Assembly: GCA_965243285.1 (NCBI GenBank)
Contig: OZ251537.1
Coordinates: 1,161,019-1,225,018 of the forward strand
Direction of reading: 5' to 3'
From: Candidatus Poriferihabitaceae bacterium
GTDB taxonomy: Bacteria > Pseudomonadota > Gammaproteobacteria > Arenicellales > Poriferihabitantaceae
DNA: 64,000 bases
Shown here piece by piece: positions 9,201 to 19,534 of this stretch. Position 1 is the first letter of the stretch; each line of letters starts with the position of its first letter. The notes under the pieces were generated by a model. That model was not told the origin of the DNA. It saw only the letters and a list, made by a program, of their open reading frames with translations, and did not search any database. The position numbers were made by a program, and so were the translations under genes.

Positions 9201-11798
9201 CGGGGCGGTGAACACCGGGCCGGCCACGGTGACCATAAACATGAGCGTGGTTGGGTTGCCGAAACTGTCGGTGGCGATGTAGGCGAGCGGTACGGCGGCG
9301 GCCGGGTTGCTCGGCGTGCCGCTTAAGGTGCGGGAATGGGCGGCGAACACCAGCCCGGGCGGCAAATTGGGGGTGGCCGCGGTGCCGCCGACGCCGACTA
9401 AGGCGTATGAGACGCCGGCGCCACGGGCTAAGGGCAGGATGAGCGGCGCGATGGCGGTGCCGGAAGCGAAGGTTTGGTCGCCCGGGGCGGCTTCGAACAC
9501 CGGGCTGGTGATGGCGACCTCAAACATGGCCTCGGCCGCATTGCCGTAACGGTCGGCGGCCGCATAGGTGAGGGTGACGGCGGCGGCGAGGACGCTGGGG
9601 CGACCGCCCAAAGCGCGGGAAGTGGGGTTGAAAATCAGCCCGGGCGGCAAATCATCGCTGGATTCATCGGCATCTTGGCCGCGCAAAGTGTAGGTGAGCG
9701 CGCCGAAGCCGCTCGCCGTCGGCAGCGCTTTGGCGGCGATGGCGAGGCCGATCGGATAGGCTTCATCGGCGATGGGCACATCATCGCCGCCGAACGCCGG
9801 GCCGCCGGTCACAGTGAACACAAAATTGGCGGTGGCGGTAGCGCCGGCGGTGCTGGTGGCGACATAAGTGAGCGTGGCAGCGCCGACCCTTTGCGCCGTG
9901 CCGGTCAGGGTGCGGACGGCGGCGGCGTTATCGAAACTCAACCCGGGCGGTAAATTGGCGCCATTGGCGGTGTCGACCACGCCATCCGCCGCCGTGCCGT
10001 ATAACGCATAGGAGATGATGGCGGAATCGTTGCCGCCATCCATGGCCACACTTAATGTGGCCTCCACCGCAGCACCGACTTGATGCGATATATCGGTCAC
10101 GGCGCCGTCAAAAGTCAGCCCGGTGATGACCACATCGAAACCATGGGTGATGGCATTGCCGAAGGGGTCGGTGGCGGTGTACACCCAAGCGTAGGTGCGG
10201 ATGCCGCTGATGGAGTCGGTGGGCGTGCCGCTCAAAACGCGGCTGGTTGGGTTGAAATTCAGCCCGCCGGGCAAAGCGCCGCCGCCATCGACTAACAAGG
10301 TGTAGCCATTGTTCTCGCCGCCGATGGCGGGCAGCGTCAGGGCCGCGATAGGCACGCCGGTGTTATAGGTTAAATCGGTGTCGGTGGGTAACGGCGGGTT
10401 ATCCTCCGGCGGCTCGGTGAGGAAAGCCGGGCCGGTGATGGTTACCGTGAAATTGCTGGCCACTGAGGCGGCGGCGGCATCGACTCCGGCATCGAACGCG
10501 CCGTACACCAAAACCACATCGCCGGTCATGCGTTGTGGGCGGCCGCTCAGCACGCGGGCGGTGGCATCGAACGCCAAGCCCGGGATGGCGGTGGCTAGGG
10601 GCGTATTGTTTTCCCCGGTTAGGGTGTAGGCCGGCGTGCCGGCGCCGTTGGCGGCACCTAAGGTTAGCGGCGTGATGAGGCCCGGGGCGGCGCCTTGCAC
10701 GGCGTAGGTTTGGTTATCCACGGCGGGCAACTGGCGGCGTACGGCGAGCGTGGCGGTGGCTTGGGCCGCGGCGCTGGTGCTGTTGGTTACGCCGTAGGTC
10801 AACACGCTGGCGGCTTGGGTGGTGGGAGCGCCGGACAGCGTGCGAGTGGCGGCCTCGAAACTCAAGCCGGGCGGCAAATTCGCATCGGCCGGGGTCGCAT
10901 CGGGGCCACGCAAGGTGTAGGTTTGCGTGCCCGTGGCGGCGCCGGTGGCGAGCGGTAAAACTTGGCTGTTTTGTTGCTCGATTCGCCAGTCGAGGTAGGT
11001 GGGCGTGGCCAGGCTTAATGTGCCGGCGTTGGCGTGCACGGTGATGCTGATGTTGTTGGTGCGCTGCGCACCTTCGGTAGTAACTTGATAGGTCGCTGTA
11101 TAGGCGCCGGTGCGCGTCGGCGTGCCGGATACCACCAGCGTGCTGGAATCAAAAGTCAAGCCGGGAATGGCCACATGCAGCGGCTCTTGGGTACGGCTGA
11201 AGCGATTGCTCGGGTCGAAGCCGGTGAATCGCACGGTGATATTGCCGCCGCCGGTGCGCCTCGGCATGGTCAAGGGGATGATAGGGAAACCGCGCACATA
11301 GTTGGTATGGGTGGGCTGCGGGAATGCGAATTCTTCGCGTTGGTCTATGGGGTCGAACCACGAGCGCTCGATGGTTAAGTTAAAATGGGCGGTGACGGAG
11401 ACGCCGGCGGCATTGGTGGCGGTGTAGGTCAGCCGGGTGCGGCCAAATGCGGTGGTGTCGCCATAAATCATGCGCGGCGAGACGGCGCGAAAAGTGACCC
11501 CGGCTGGCAGTTTGAGGTCGGTGGCGTCGGTGGCGGCGTCGTACCCCGGCCCGGTCAAGGTATAGGTCAGGGTGGCCGTATCGGCTTCGTTATTCGATGT
11601 GGCGCGGCTCAAATTACGCCCACTGGTGATGCCGTAATAGTAGAAAACATTGGTTTGCGATAACTGCAAAGTGCCGGCGGCGGCAGCGGCGCCGGTATTG
11701 GCGGCGGAATTCGGAATCGGCTGTTGGGCCGCGGCCGAGGCCGCAAACCCTAATGCCGCGAGGGCGAAAATTAAGAAAAACGCGACGGTTTTTGACAT
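6252..11798 (-). CDS. Giant type Va autotransporter adhesin with cadherin/Ig-like (LPxGLxF..R.LSGTP) repeat passenger
   Basis: Signal peptide MSKTVAFFLIFALAALGFAASAAAQQ after a GGAG. Roughly 17 repeats of the ...YTLTG...LPPGLSF....R.LSGTP....LTY.A.D..GN... unit. C-terminal ~280 aa resembles an autotransporter beta-barrel (WGSGEYREMSG...GFHLGVD...) and ends in ...ELQF. Confidence 0.85.
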   Translation of the reverse strand: MSKTVAFFLIFALAALGFAASAAAQQPIPNSAANTGAAAAAGTLQLSQTNVFYYYGITSGRNLSRATSNNEADTATLTYTLTGPGYDAATDATDLKLPAGVTFRAVSPRMIYGDTTAFGRTRLTYTATNAAGVSVTAHFNLTIERSWFDPIDQREEFAFPQPTHTNYVRGFPIIPLTMPRRTGGGNITVRFTGFDPSNRFSRTQEPLHVAIPGLTFDSSTLVVSGTPTRTGAYTATYQVTTEGAQRTNNISITVHANAGTLSLATPTYLDWRIEQQNSQVLPLATGAATGTQTYTLRGPDATPADANLPPGLSFEAATRTLSGAPTTQAASVLTYGVTNSTSAAAQATATLAVRRQLPAVDNQTYAVQGAAPGLITPLTLGAANGAGTPAYTLTGENNTPLATAIPGLAFDATARVLSGRPQRMTGDVVLVYGAFDAGVDAAAASVASNFTVTITGPAFLTEPPEDNPPLPTDTDLTYNTGVPIAALTLPAIGGENNGYTLLVDGGGALPGGLNFNPTSRVLSGTPTDSISGIRTYAWVYTATDPFGNAITHGFDVVITGLTFDGAVTDISHQVGAAVEATLSVAMDGGNDSAIISYALYGTAADGVVDTANGANLPPGLSFDNAAAVRTLTGTAQRVGAATLTYVATSTAGATATANFVFTVTGGPAFGGDDVPIADEAYPIGLAIAAKALPTASGFGALTYTLRGQDADESSDDLPPGLIFNPTSRALGGRPSVLAAAVTLTYAAADRYGNAAEAMFEVAITSPVFEAAPGDQTFASGTAIAPLILPLARGAGVSYALVGVGGTAATPNLPPGLVFAAHSRTLSGTPSNPAAAVPLAYIATDSFGNPTTLMFMVTVAGPVFTAPTPGPQQYTAGRPISALGLSAANSTVPGDLTYTLTGQNPAAANNGLPLGLSFNPIASGAMARTLSGTPSYVADNTTTSLVYTATDADGGLARQTFAVTVIPGLAFPPPALAAEFTYPAGATSTQTLPEASGGIAPRFHALFGLGGSPNAPALPAWLDFDPATRILTATPSVIAQIPLIYRATDSESPSANFTEVEFTAIVTGPIFAAAALPLADQTYSVGDAIARLTLPMAMSSTDSVVYSLTGTNGQPLSTAVPGLSFNAAVEARILSGTPSAAAAAIDLTYHATDNHGNASEPAIFSLTIDQVLVDDDGEVVSPARFREIFAAVFPLGDRVDITLPAVRADPNGNYVYALVGAGPDDATLTVEVEELVSGLSFDPATRVLSGTPEASVTTTLTYTARPPATPSTTDGGVTVAYAFPFVADLLFADDALFSYQFLVDEEVDATLPEVSGGIGAVVYALLGPAPDNVPIDNAENNVLPGLSFDETSRILSGTPSEPGAVTLTYRVTDSAPAPNVIEEDIVVTVTSGSAALAAVNEVLLPQVAIAMTASATAAITTRIERANGSGNGFALGGQTSLAAALAAHGQPKAADQRDSKTMLAGTSFSLALNGGHGGYGVAGTTAGYAAGGSGGTVLWGSGEYREMSGDSGGVDWGGELYGFHLGVDTRVRHDLLLGVAVSKLQSDIDYRAAAAGAHGMDMTSVNPYLGWQVGGVDLWATIGYGQGDLEITPSGGAAVESDVALRALGLGGSGEIWQQSATTLRLRGEISRSELEVEGNAALAMQTATTRARFGLEASGRRALGGGAIEPSVEFGLRYNGGDGETGTAAQVGAGLRFSGGRYSAHGRIHAVIMPGEYSEWGASGSIAMAAGADGQGFSLELSPSYGPAQSDMAQLWQRDLPPAATAASADYRASMEARLAYGLALKTTAAMLTPYGEMRLGSTTAHRLGINWRSASHAGSHATLNLVGERRQTPAAAHTILLKGELQF

Positions 11799-12025
11799 GG
11801 GGGAGGGCTCCGTATGAGGTGAAAGAATGTCGGTGCTCGGTCGAGCGGAATAGGGCGGCGGCGTTGAAAAATCGGCCGTAAACGCTACTAGAAAATGGGC
11901 TGGAATGTAAGCTGAAATATAGGCTGAAAAAATGACGCTTGCCCAGGTTGGTTTACTAATATGGTGGGGTTTATAGTCATAAAATCCCATTATTAGGGTG
12001 CTATTTTGAGGTATTGATTTTGATC

Positions 12026-12102
<77 letters not shown>

Positions 12103-12113
12103 ATTAATGCTTT

Positions 12114-12178
12114 GCTCCACCCTATCTTTTTAGGGGGGAGCCAAAACTGGCGGCTTCATTGCCAGTTTTGGTGGGGGG
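12114..12178 (+). repeat. Two-hairpin core module (class II)
   Basis: GCTCCACC-loop-GGGGGGAGC, then CAAAACTGGCG-GCTTCAT-TGCCAGTTTTG (one G:T pair), then GTGGGGGG. Confidence 0.8.
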
Positions 12179-12400
12179 TGCGTTTGATTTTGATTTTGAT
12201 TTTCGCCTTTGATTTTGATTTTCGCCTTTGATTTTGATTTTCGCCTTTGATTTTGATTTTTCGCTTTTCGCTTTTCGCTTTTCGCTTTTGACTTGGCTGT
12301 TGGCTTGATTTTGACTTGGCTGTTGGCTTTTACTTTTCCCCTAATTTGGGCTGATGGGTTGAAGATTTAAAGGCAACAGCAAAAAGACCAACCTCAACAG

Positions 12401-12465
12401 CCCCCCACCAAATCAGGCGATAAAGCCGCCTGATTTGACTCCCCCAGAAAAAGCTAAGGTGGAGT
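12401..12465 (-). repeat. Two-hairpin core module (class I)
   Basis: Reverse complement reads ACTCCACC..GGGGGAGT CAAATCAGGCG GCTTTAT CGCCTGATTTG GTGGGGGG. Confidence 0.8.
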
Positions 12466-12685
12466 AAAACGTTAAAAGCCAAAAGCCAAAAGCCAAAAGC
12501 CAAAGCGAAAAGCCAAAGCGAAAAGCCAAAGCGAAAAGCCAAAAGCCAAAGCGAAAAGCCAAAGCCAAAGCCAAAGCGAAAGCCAAAGCCAAAGCAAAAA
12601 TCAAACCCAACCTCCCTAAATCAGCCGCTGACCTCAAAAAACGCCAACCGAACTGCAGATTTAGGACTATAAACCCCTAAAATAT

Positions 12686-13028
12686 TTTGGCGGCACCGCG
12701 TCGCTGGCGCCGAACTTTTTCTACACCGCGGATTTGGGCGTCCACTGGCGCTACGGCCTCGGCGTCGCTTCGCCATACGGCTTGAGCGCCGACTATCGCG
12801 CCGCTTGGGTGGGGCGCTATCGCGCCATCAAATCCGCGCTGAAAAGCGTGGAAATCAACCCCGCCGTGGCGGACCAGCGCGGCGCTCAGCCTCGGCGTCG
12901 GCATCACTTGGCTGCACGCTAACGCCGAACTCAGCCACGCGCTGTACATTCCCGTGTCACAAACCGACTCCGTGGACGCCAGCGCCACCGCCATCTTCGC
13001 CCTGCGCCTGCGCCTCGACCTCGATTAG
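12686..13028 (+). pseudogene. Remnant of a FadL/OmpP1-family outer-membrane transporter (5'-truncated, frameshifted, internally deleted)
   Basis: ...NFFYTADLGVHWRYGLGVASPYGLSADYRAAWVGRYRAIKSALKSVEINPAVA... is FadL-like. The frame then shifts to ...LSLGVGITWLHANAEL.... Only ~110 codons remain, and the fragment begins exactly at the edge of repeat element B. Confidence 0.5.
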
Positions 13029-13199
13029 GCGAGTGCGTTGCCCTCGGCGGCTAAGGTGGGGTATCATCGGCGGCGCATTTTTAAGCGCTGGCGGGCGGTG
13101 GTCACGGCGCGTTTATAGCAAAGTTCAAGGGTATGAGAGCGGTCGGTTTGAATCGACCGGTGGCGGCTTTTTGGTTTCACAACACATCGGGGGCCTGCG

Positions 13200-14102
<903 letters not shown>

Positions 14103-14183
14103 CCGCCATTCACCCGCCATTCGTTTGAATACATTTTCCCTGGAATTCACCCCATAGAATTCGCCCTAAATCGGAGTGCCATC

Positions 14184-14576
14184 ATGCTAACCAACATCCT
14201 GTTAGTCGTACATTTAATCGTCGCCGTCGCCATCGTCATTCTCACCCTGCTGCAGCAAGGCAAGGGCTCGGATATGGGCGCCGCGTTCGGCGGCGGCTCA
14301 TCGCAATCGCTATTCGGCGCGCGCGGCTCGTCCAACTTCTTGAGCCGCGCCACCTCCACTTTGGTCACGGTGTTTTTTGTCAGCAGTTTAACCCTGGCCT
14401 ATTTGTATAACGGCCAGCGCGCCGCCAGCACCATCACCACGCCTTCGGTGGTGGATGCGGCGCCGGCCGCTAACGGCGATGCCGACGCGGTGCCGCTGGC
14501 GCCGGATTCCGCGGAATCCATCGCCGACCCCGCCGCCCCCGATGTGCCGGCGGCGCCGGCGGCGCCCACCGAATAA
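14184..14576 (+). CDS. secG: Preprotein translocase subunit SecG
   Basis: LLQQGKGSDMGAAFGGGSSQSLFGARG signature. Canonical position between tpiA and tRNA-Leu. Confidence 0.9.
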   Translation: MLTNILLVVHLIVAVAIVILTLLQQGKGSDMGAAFGGGSSQSLFGARGSSNFLSRATSTLVTVFFVSSLTLAYLYNGQRAASTITTPSVVDAAPAANGDADAVPLAPDSAESIADPAAPDVPAAPAAPTE

Positions 14577-14599
14577 TCGCCCGCAATCAATCCGTTTTA

Positions 14600-14686
14600 G
14601 CCGAAGTGGTGGAACTGGTAGACACGCTGTCTTGAGGGGGCAGTGGAGGAAACTCCGTGCGGGTTCGAGTCCCGCCTTCGGCACCA
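14600..14686 (+). tRNA. tRNA-Leu (anticodon GAG), class II with long variable arm, CCA encoded
   Basis: Acceptor GCCGAAG/CTTCGGC. Anticodon stem CUGUC/GGCAG with loop UUGAGGG. T arm GGGTTCGAGTCCC. Terminal ACCA. Confidence 0.95.
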
Positions 14687-14916
14687 TCATTCCATGGGGC
14701 GGTTTAGTTTGGGGGGGAATCTCCGGGTTTAATCCATGATTCATTCCCCGAATATGGTTTTCCGCCCTATCCTCGCCATCCCCAAACCCGCGCCGCCGGC
14801 CCCCTCATGCCGACGTCCATCGCAGCCGCCCGGCGCTGATATACTGCGCCGCTACCGCGCCAAATTCAGGTCGCAAATTCCCACGCCAATTCACACCGCC
14901 GGGGGGCGAAAACGCC

Positions 14917-15366
14917 ATGCAAACACTATGTCGATGGGTCGGGGCGCTGTGCCCCTACGGGGATTTGGCCGGGCGCGTGGGGCTGGCGGCGATTTTTCTA
15001 TACGGCGGCGTCGGTAAACTCGGCGGCTATCTCGCCGGCAGCCTCGGCACCCAAGGTTATATGGAAATCCACGGCGTGCCGGGCGCGTTATTGCCGGCCG
15101 TCATCGCCCTGGAAATCATCGGCGGCGTAGCACTCATCATCGGCTGGCAAACGCGGTGGTGCGCCTTGGCGCTGGCCGGGTTTACGGCGCTGGCGGCGTT
15201 GCTGTTTCACGCCGACTTCGACCACGACATGCAACAGATTTTATTTTTGAAAAACGCCGCCATCGCCGGCGGCTTGTTGGTGTTATGCCGCGCCGGCGCC
15301 GGGCCATTTAGCCTAGACCACCGCCGCCAAAAAAACCGCGCGCCAGGTTCATCACCATGCGCATAA
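14917..15366 (+). CDS. DoxX-family membrane protein
   Basis: Four predicted TM helices. The ...AAIFLYGGVGKL... and ...HADFDHDMQQILFLKNAAIAGGLL... pattern is typical of DoxX. Confidence 0.7.
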   Translation: MQTLCRWVGALCPYGDLAGRVGLAAIFLYGGVGKLGGYLAGSLGTQGYMEIHGVPGALLPAVIALEIIGGVALIIGWQTRWCALALAGFTALAALLFHADFDHDMQQILFLKNAAIAGGLLVLCRAGAGPFSLDHRRQKNRAPGSSPCA

Positions 15367-15465
15367 ACATGCGCATGGTGATGTATATGTATATGTATAT
15401 GCGCATCAAGTATATGTTCATCAAGCGGCCGCTAGTCGTCCGATAATTCTCCCCCATCGACCGCC

Positions 15466-15822
15466 ATGCTAAACAACTACTTCCCGATATTGATGTTTAT
15501 CGCGGTCGGGTTTTGCATCGGCGTCATCGCCATCGGCGCCGGCGCGGCATTAGCGCCCAGCAAACCGTACGCCGACAAACTATCCCCGTATGAATGCGGC
15601 TTCGAAGCGTTCGAGGATTCGCGCATGAAATTCGATGTTCGCTACTATCTGGTGGCGATCCTATTCATTATTTTCGATCTCGAAATCGCCTTTCTTTTTC
15701 CCTGGGCCATCGTGCTGGATAAAATCGGCGCCTTCGGCTTCTGGGCCATGATGATTTTTCTCGCCGTGCTGGTGGTGGGCTTCATCTACGAATGGAAAAA
15801 AGGCGCCCTCGAATGGGAGTGA
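15466..15822 (+). CDS. nuoA: NADH-quinone oxidoreductase subunit A
   Basis: [35 protein letters not shown] signature. Confidence 0.95.
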   Translation: MLNNYFPILMFIAVGFCIGVIAIGAGAALAPSKPYADKLSPYECGFEAFEDSRMKFDVRYYLVAILFIIFDLEIAFLFPWAIVLDKIGAFGFWAMMIFLAVLVVGFIYEWKKGALEWE

Positions 15823-15828
15823 TAAAAA

Positions 15829-16383
15829 ATGGCGCTTGAAGGCACCCTGCGCGAAGGCTTCGCCACCGCGAAATTAGACGAACTCATCAACTGGGCGCGC
15901 ACCGGCTCGATGTGGCCCATGTCGTTCGGGCTGGCGTGTTGCGCCGTGGAGATGATGCAAGCCGGCGCGGCGCGCTACGACCTCGACCGCTTCGGCATCT
16001 TATTCCGCCCCAGCCCACGGCAGTCTGATGTGATGATCGTCGCCGGCACCTTAACCAACAAAATGGCCCCGGCGCTGCGGCGGGTGTATGACCAAATGCC
16101 CGAGCCGCGCTGGGTTATCTCCATGGGCTCGTGCGCCAACGGCGGCGGTTATTACCATTATTCCTACTCCGTGGTGCGCGGCTGCGACCGCATCGTGCCG
16201 GTGGATGTGTATGTGCCCGGCTGCCCGCCCACCGCCGAAGCGCTGATTTACGGCATCTTGCAACTACAAAAAAAAATCAAACAAACCAACACCATCGCCC
16301 GCCTCGATACCCCCCGCGCAGCGCCCAGTGAATCACCCATAGACGCGCTTATCGATGCGCCGATGGAAACTCCATCCACCTAA
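15829..16383 (+). CDS. nuoB: NADH-quinone oxidoreductase subunit B
   Basis: [16 protein letters not shown]...[14 protein letters not shown]...VPGCPP. Low-complexity C-terminal tail. Confidence 0.95.
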   Translation: MALEGTLREGFATAKLDELINWARTGSMWPMSFGLACCAVEMMQAGAARYDLDRFGILFRPSPRQSDVMIVAGTLTNKMAPALRRVYDQMPEPRWVISMGSCANGGGYYHYSYSVVRGCDRIVPVDVYVPGCPPTAEALIYGILQLQKKIKQTNTIARLDTPRAAPSESPIDALIDAPMETPST

Positions 16384-16393
16384 CGCCCAGTCT

Positions 16394-17077
16394 ATGACCG
16401 ACCAAGCCCAACTCATCGCCGGGTTGCCGGATTTGCTTGGCGAGGCGTTGCTCTCGCAAACGCTGAAATTGGGTGAAGTCACCTGCGAAATCGCCGCGAC
16501 ACGCATCTTAGAGGTCGGCAAAAAACTGCGCGACGATAAGCGCATGCGGTTTGAATCGCTGCTCGATTTATGCGGCGTCGATTATGCCGATTGGGGCGGC
16601 GTCGGCGAAACCCATCCGAGCCCGCCGGCCAGCCCGCCGCCTGACCAACACCCGCTCCACCCCCACGGCAGCCGCTTTGCGGTGGTCTATCACCTGCTAT
16701 CGCTGCAGCATAATCTGCGCCTGCGGTTGCGGGTATGCCTGGATGAGGACAATCCGGCGGTGCATTCGGTGGCCACAATATGGCCGTCGGCCGATTGGTA
16801 TGAGCGCGAGGCCTTCGACCTATTCGGCATTATTTTTCATGGCCACCCGGATTTGCGCCGCCTGCTCACCGACTATGGCTTCATCGGCCACCCGTTCCGC
16901 AAGGATTTCCCCTTAAGCGGCGAGGTGGAAATGCGCTATGACGAAGCACGCGGCCGCGTCGTCTATCAGCCGGTCACCATCGAGCCGCGCACCTTAGTGC
17001 CGCGCACCATCGGCAAAGATTCGCCGGTTGATAATTTGCCTGAGGGTTTGCCGGATAATTTGCCGGATGCAAGCTAG
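16394..17077 (+). CDS. nuoC: NADH-quinone oxidoreductase subunit C
   Basis: ...[51 protein letters not shown]. Start taken at MTDQAQL (16394). Separate from nuoD. Confidence 0.9.
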   Translation: MTDQAQLIAGLPDLLGEALLSQTLKLGEVTCEIAATRILEVGKKLRDDKRMRFESLLDLCGVDYADWGGVGETHPSPPASPPPDQHPLHPHGSRFAVVYHLLSLQHNLRLRLRVCLDEDNPAVHSVATIWPSADWYEREAFDLFGIIFHGHPDLRRLLTDYGFIGHPFRKDFPLSGEVEMRYDEARGRVVYQPVTIEPRTLVPRTIGKDSPVDNLPEGLPDNLPDAS

Positions 17078-17230
17078 TGAATCTTCATAATCTGACTGAT
17101 AACTTGATTGCTCGATTCATAAACGCGATAGATGAATCAATATCGAAACAAAACATAAATCGATATATGAATGACAACTATATAAATAACAAATACATGA
17201 ACAACACCATGCATCCGCCGGCGCATCCCC

Positions 17231-18502
17231 ATGGCTGAAATTCGCAACTACACCATGAATTTCGGGCCGCAACACCCGGCCGCGCACGGCGTATTGCGCG
17301 TGATCATGGAGATGGACGGCGAGGTGATCGAACGCTGCGACCCGCACATCGGCCTGCTGCACCGCGCCACCGAAAAACTCGCCGAATCCAAACCCTATAA
17401 CCAAAATATCGGTTATATGGATCGCCTCGATTATGTTTCCATGATGTGCAACGAGCACGCCTATGTGCTCGCCATCGAAAAACTACTCGGCATCACGGCG
17501 CCGGTGCGGGCGCAATATATCCGCGTGATGTTCGATGAGATCACGCGCATTCTCAACCACTGCTTGTGGCTGGGCGCGCATGCCTTGGATGTGGGCGCGA
17601 TGACGGTGTTTCTGTATTGCTTTCGCGAGCGCGAAGATTTGATGGACTGCTATGAGGCGGTCAGCGGGGCGCGCATGCACGCCACCTATTACCGCCCCGG
17701 CGGCGTCTATCGCGACTTGCCCGACGCCATGCCGAAGTACGACATCACCCGCCGCCATGACGCCGATGAAACCCGCGCCCGCAACGCAGACCGCGACGGC
17801 TCGCTGCTGGATTTTATCGAGGCCTTCACGGCGCGCTTCCCCGGCTATGTGGATGAATACGAAACCCTGTTGAGCGACAACCGCATCTGGAAGCAGCGCA
17901 CCGTGGATATCGGCGTGGTCAGCGCGCAGCGCGCCAAGGCGTTAGGATTTACCGGCCCCATGCTGCGCGGCTGCGGGGTGGAGTGGGATTTGCGCCGCAA
18001 GCAGCCGTACGCGGTGTATGACGACCTCGATTTCGCCATCCCCGTCGGCGCCAATGGCGATTGCTATGACCGCTACTTGGTGCGCGTCGAAGAGATGCGC
18101 CAATCCAACCGCATCATCCGCCAGTGCGTCGATTGGCTGCGCGCCGACGCCCAAAAAGCCGGCGGCCCCGGGCCGGTGATGACCGCCGACGGCAAACTGG
18201 CGCCGCCCTCGCGCGAGCGCATGAAGGGCGACATGGAGGCGCTGATTCACCACTTCAAATTATTCACCGAGGGCTACTGCATCCCGGCCGGCGAAGCCTA
18301 TGCCGCCATCGAACACCCCAAGGGCGAATTCGGCATCTACCTGGTCTCAGACGGCGCCAACAAACCCTATCGTTGCAAAATTCGCGCCCCCGGCTTTGCC
18401 CACCTGGCGGCTTTGAACGAAATGTCCCAAGGCCATATGTTAGCCGACATGGTCGCCATCATCGGCTCGCAAGACATCGTCTTCGGGGAGATCGATCGGT
18501 GA
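17231..18502 (+). CDS. nuoD: NADH-quinone oxidoreductase subunit D
   Basis: [14 protein letters not shown]...[14 protein letters not shown]...ends [10 protein letters not shown]. Confidence 0.95.
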   Translation: MAEIRNYTMNFGPQHPAAHGVLRVIMEMDGEVIERCDPHIGLLHRATEKLAESKPYNQNIGYMDRLDYVSMMCNEHAYVLAIEKLLGITAPVRAQYIRVMFDEITRILNHCLWLGAHALDVGAMTVFLYCFREREDLMDCYEAVSGARMHATYYRPGGVYRDLPDAMPKYDITRRHDADETRARNADRDGSLLDFIEAFTARFPGYVDEYETLLSDNRIWKQRTVDIGVVSAQRAKALGFTGPMLRGCGVEWDLRRKQPYAVYDDLDFAIPVGANGDCYDRYLVRVEEMRQSNRIIRQCVDWLRADAQKAGGPGPVMTADGKLAPPSRERMKGDMEALIHHFKLFTEGYCIPAGEAYAAIEHPKGEFGIYLVSDGANKPYRCKIRAPGFAHLAALNEMSQGHMLADMVAIIGSQDIVFGEIDR

Positions 18503-19533
18503 CTGCGAAAGCCATGGCGGTAGACGATGCGCCAGCCCGGGCAGCTCGGGCAACTCGGGCCGCGCAAGCAGCGCACTCCGCGCCGGCCTTGGCCCATTCG
18601 CATACCTCCATCATCGCGCGCGCTACGGCTAAACCGAATTTACCGTGCACAAACCGCGTGCAATGCGCCGATGTTTTGCAATCCTTGCGTGAAATAAAAA
18701 CCGACGCCAGGTTTGATTTAGTCATCGCCGACCCGCCGTATAACATCGGCAAAGATTTTGGCAATGCTAGCGACCGCCAAGAATTGTCGGCGTATTTGAA
18801 ATGGAGTGATGACTGGATTGGTGAGTGTTTGCGCTTGGTGAAGCCATGCGCGCCGGTGTATATCTATGGTTTTGCCGAGGTGTTGGCGCACATTGCGGTG
18901 CGCTACGCAATCGAAAATCAACGCTGGTTGGCGTGGCATTACACCAATAAAACGGTGCCGACCTCAAAATTTTGGCAACGCAGTCACGAGTCAATCTTGT
19001 GTTTGTGGCGCGGCAAACGCCCCACCCTTAATGTGGATGCAGTGCGCGAGGATTACACCGCTGGCTTTCTAAATGGTCCCGCCGGCAAGCCGCGCAAAGA
19101 TTCCAATTGCCGCTATGGCCGTAAGGGGAAAAAGACGGTGTATAACGCGCATCCCAACGGCGCCTTGCCGCGCGATGTCATCAAAGTACCGGCCTTGGCC
19201 GGCCGGGCCGGCTATGCCGAGCGGTGGTTTTATGGTAAGACCTGCCAGACGCTATGTTCGCCGAAGGAAAACAGCGCGCATGAGGCCCATGAAATCGTAC
19301 AACACCCCACCCAAAAACCAGCCGCGCTAACGCAAAAACTCATCGCCGCCGCTGATGCGCAAAGCCCCGCCGTGCTAATCCCCTTCGCCGGCTCGGGTTC
19401 GGAGTGCGTGGTAGCGCAAAAAATGGGCGCGGATTTTCATGCGGTGGAGGTCAATCCTGACTATGCGTTATTGGCGAATAGTTGGTTGGATGCGGGCCGC
19501 CCATCAATGTTGTTCCCGGTGAAAGGACACTGA
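18499..19533 (+). CDS. Beta-class (N6A/N4C) DNA methyltransferase, cassette 1
   Basis: Motif IV DPPYN, HPTQKP, and motif I FAGSGSE (order IV then I, so beta class). Candidate starts are GTG 18499 (GTGA overlap with the nuoD stop) or ATG 18514. The ORF-track extension back to 18124 lies inside nuoD and is rejected. Confidence 0.85.
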   Translation: MTAKAMAVDDAPARAARATRAAQAAHSAPALAHSHTSIIARATAKPNLPCTNRVQCADVLQSLREIKTDARFDLVIADPPYNIGKDFGNASDRQELSAYLKWSDDWIGECLRLVKPCAPVYIYGFAEVLAHIAVRYAIENQRWLAWHYTNKTVPTSKFWQRSHESILCLWRGKRPTLNVDAVREDYTAGFLNGPAGKPRKDSNCRYGRKGKKTVYNAHPNGALPRDVIKVPALAGRAGYAERWFYGKTCQTLCSPKENSAHEAHEIVQHPTQKPAALTQKLIAAADAQSPAVLIPFAGSGSECVVAQKMGADFHAVEVNPDYALLANSWLDAGRPSMLFPVKGH

Positions 19534-19534
19534 T

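Noticed and set aside
12330-12637. ORFs 12330-12542 and 12413-12637 (-), and similar ones at 5505-5894, 6010-6255, 47824-48066 and 52399-52767, predicted inside the repeat elements
   Set aside because: The translations are pure microsatellite read-through (AFRFGFSLWLFALAF.., KPKPKSKTKNQNQ..). The frames are not conserved between element copies and there are no RBS or start contexts.
15367-15465. nuo operon promoter call in the AT-rich ATGTAT-repeat region
   Set aside because: Only a weak GATAAT-like -10 is visible, without a properly spaced -35. This is not supportable from sequence alone.
18124-18498. Upstream extension of the cassette 1 methylase ORF
   Set aside because: It lies entirely inside nuoD in another frame and gives an Arg-rich nonsense translation. 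The plausible starts are at 18499 or 18514.
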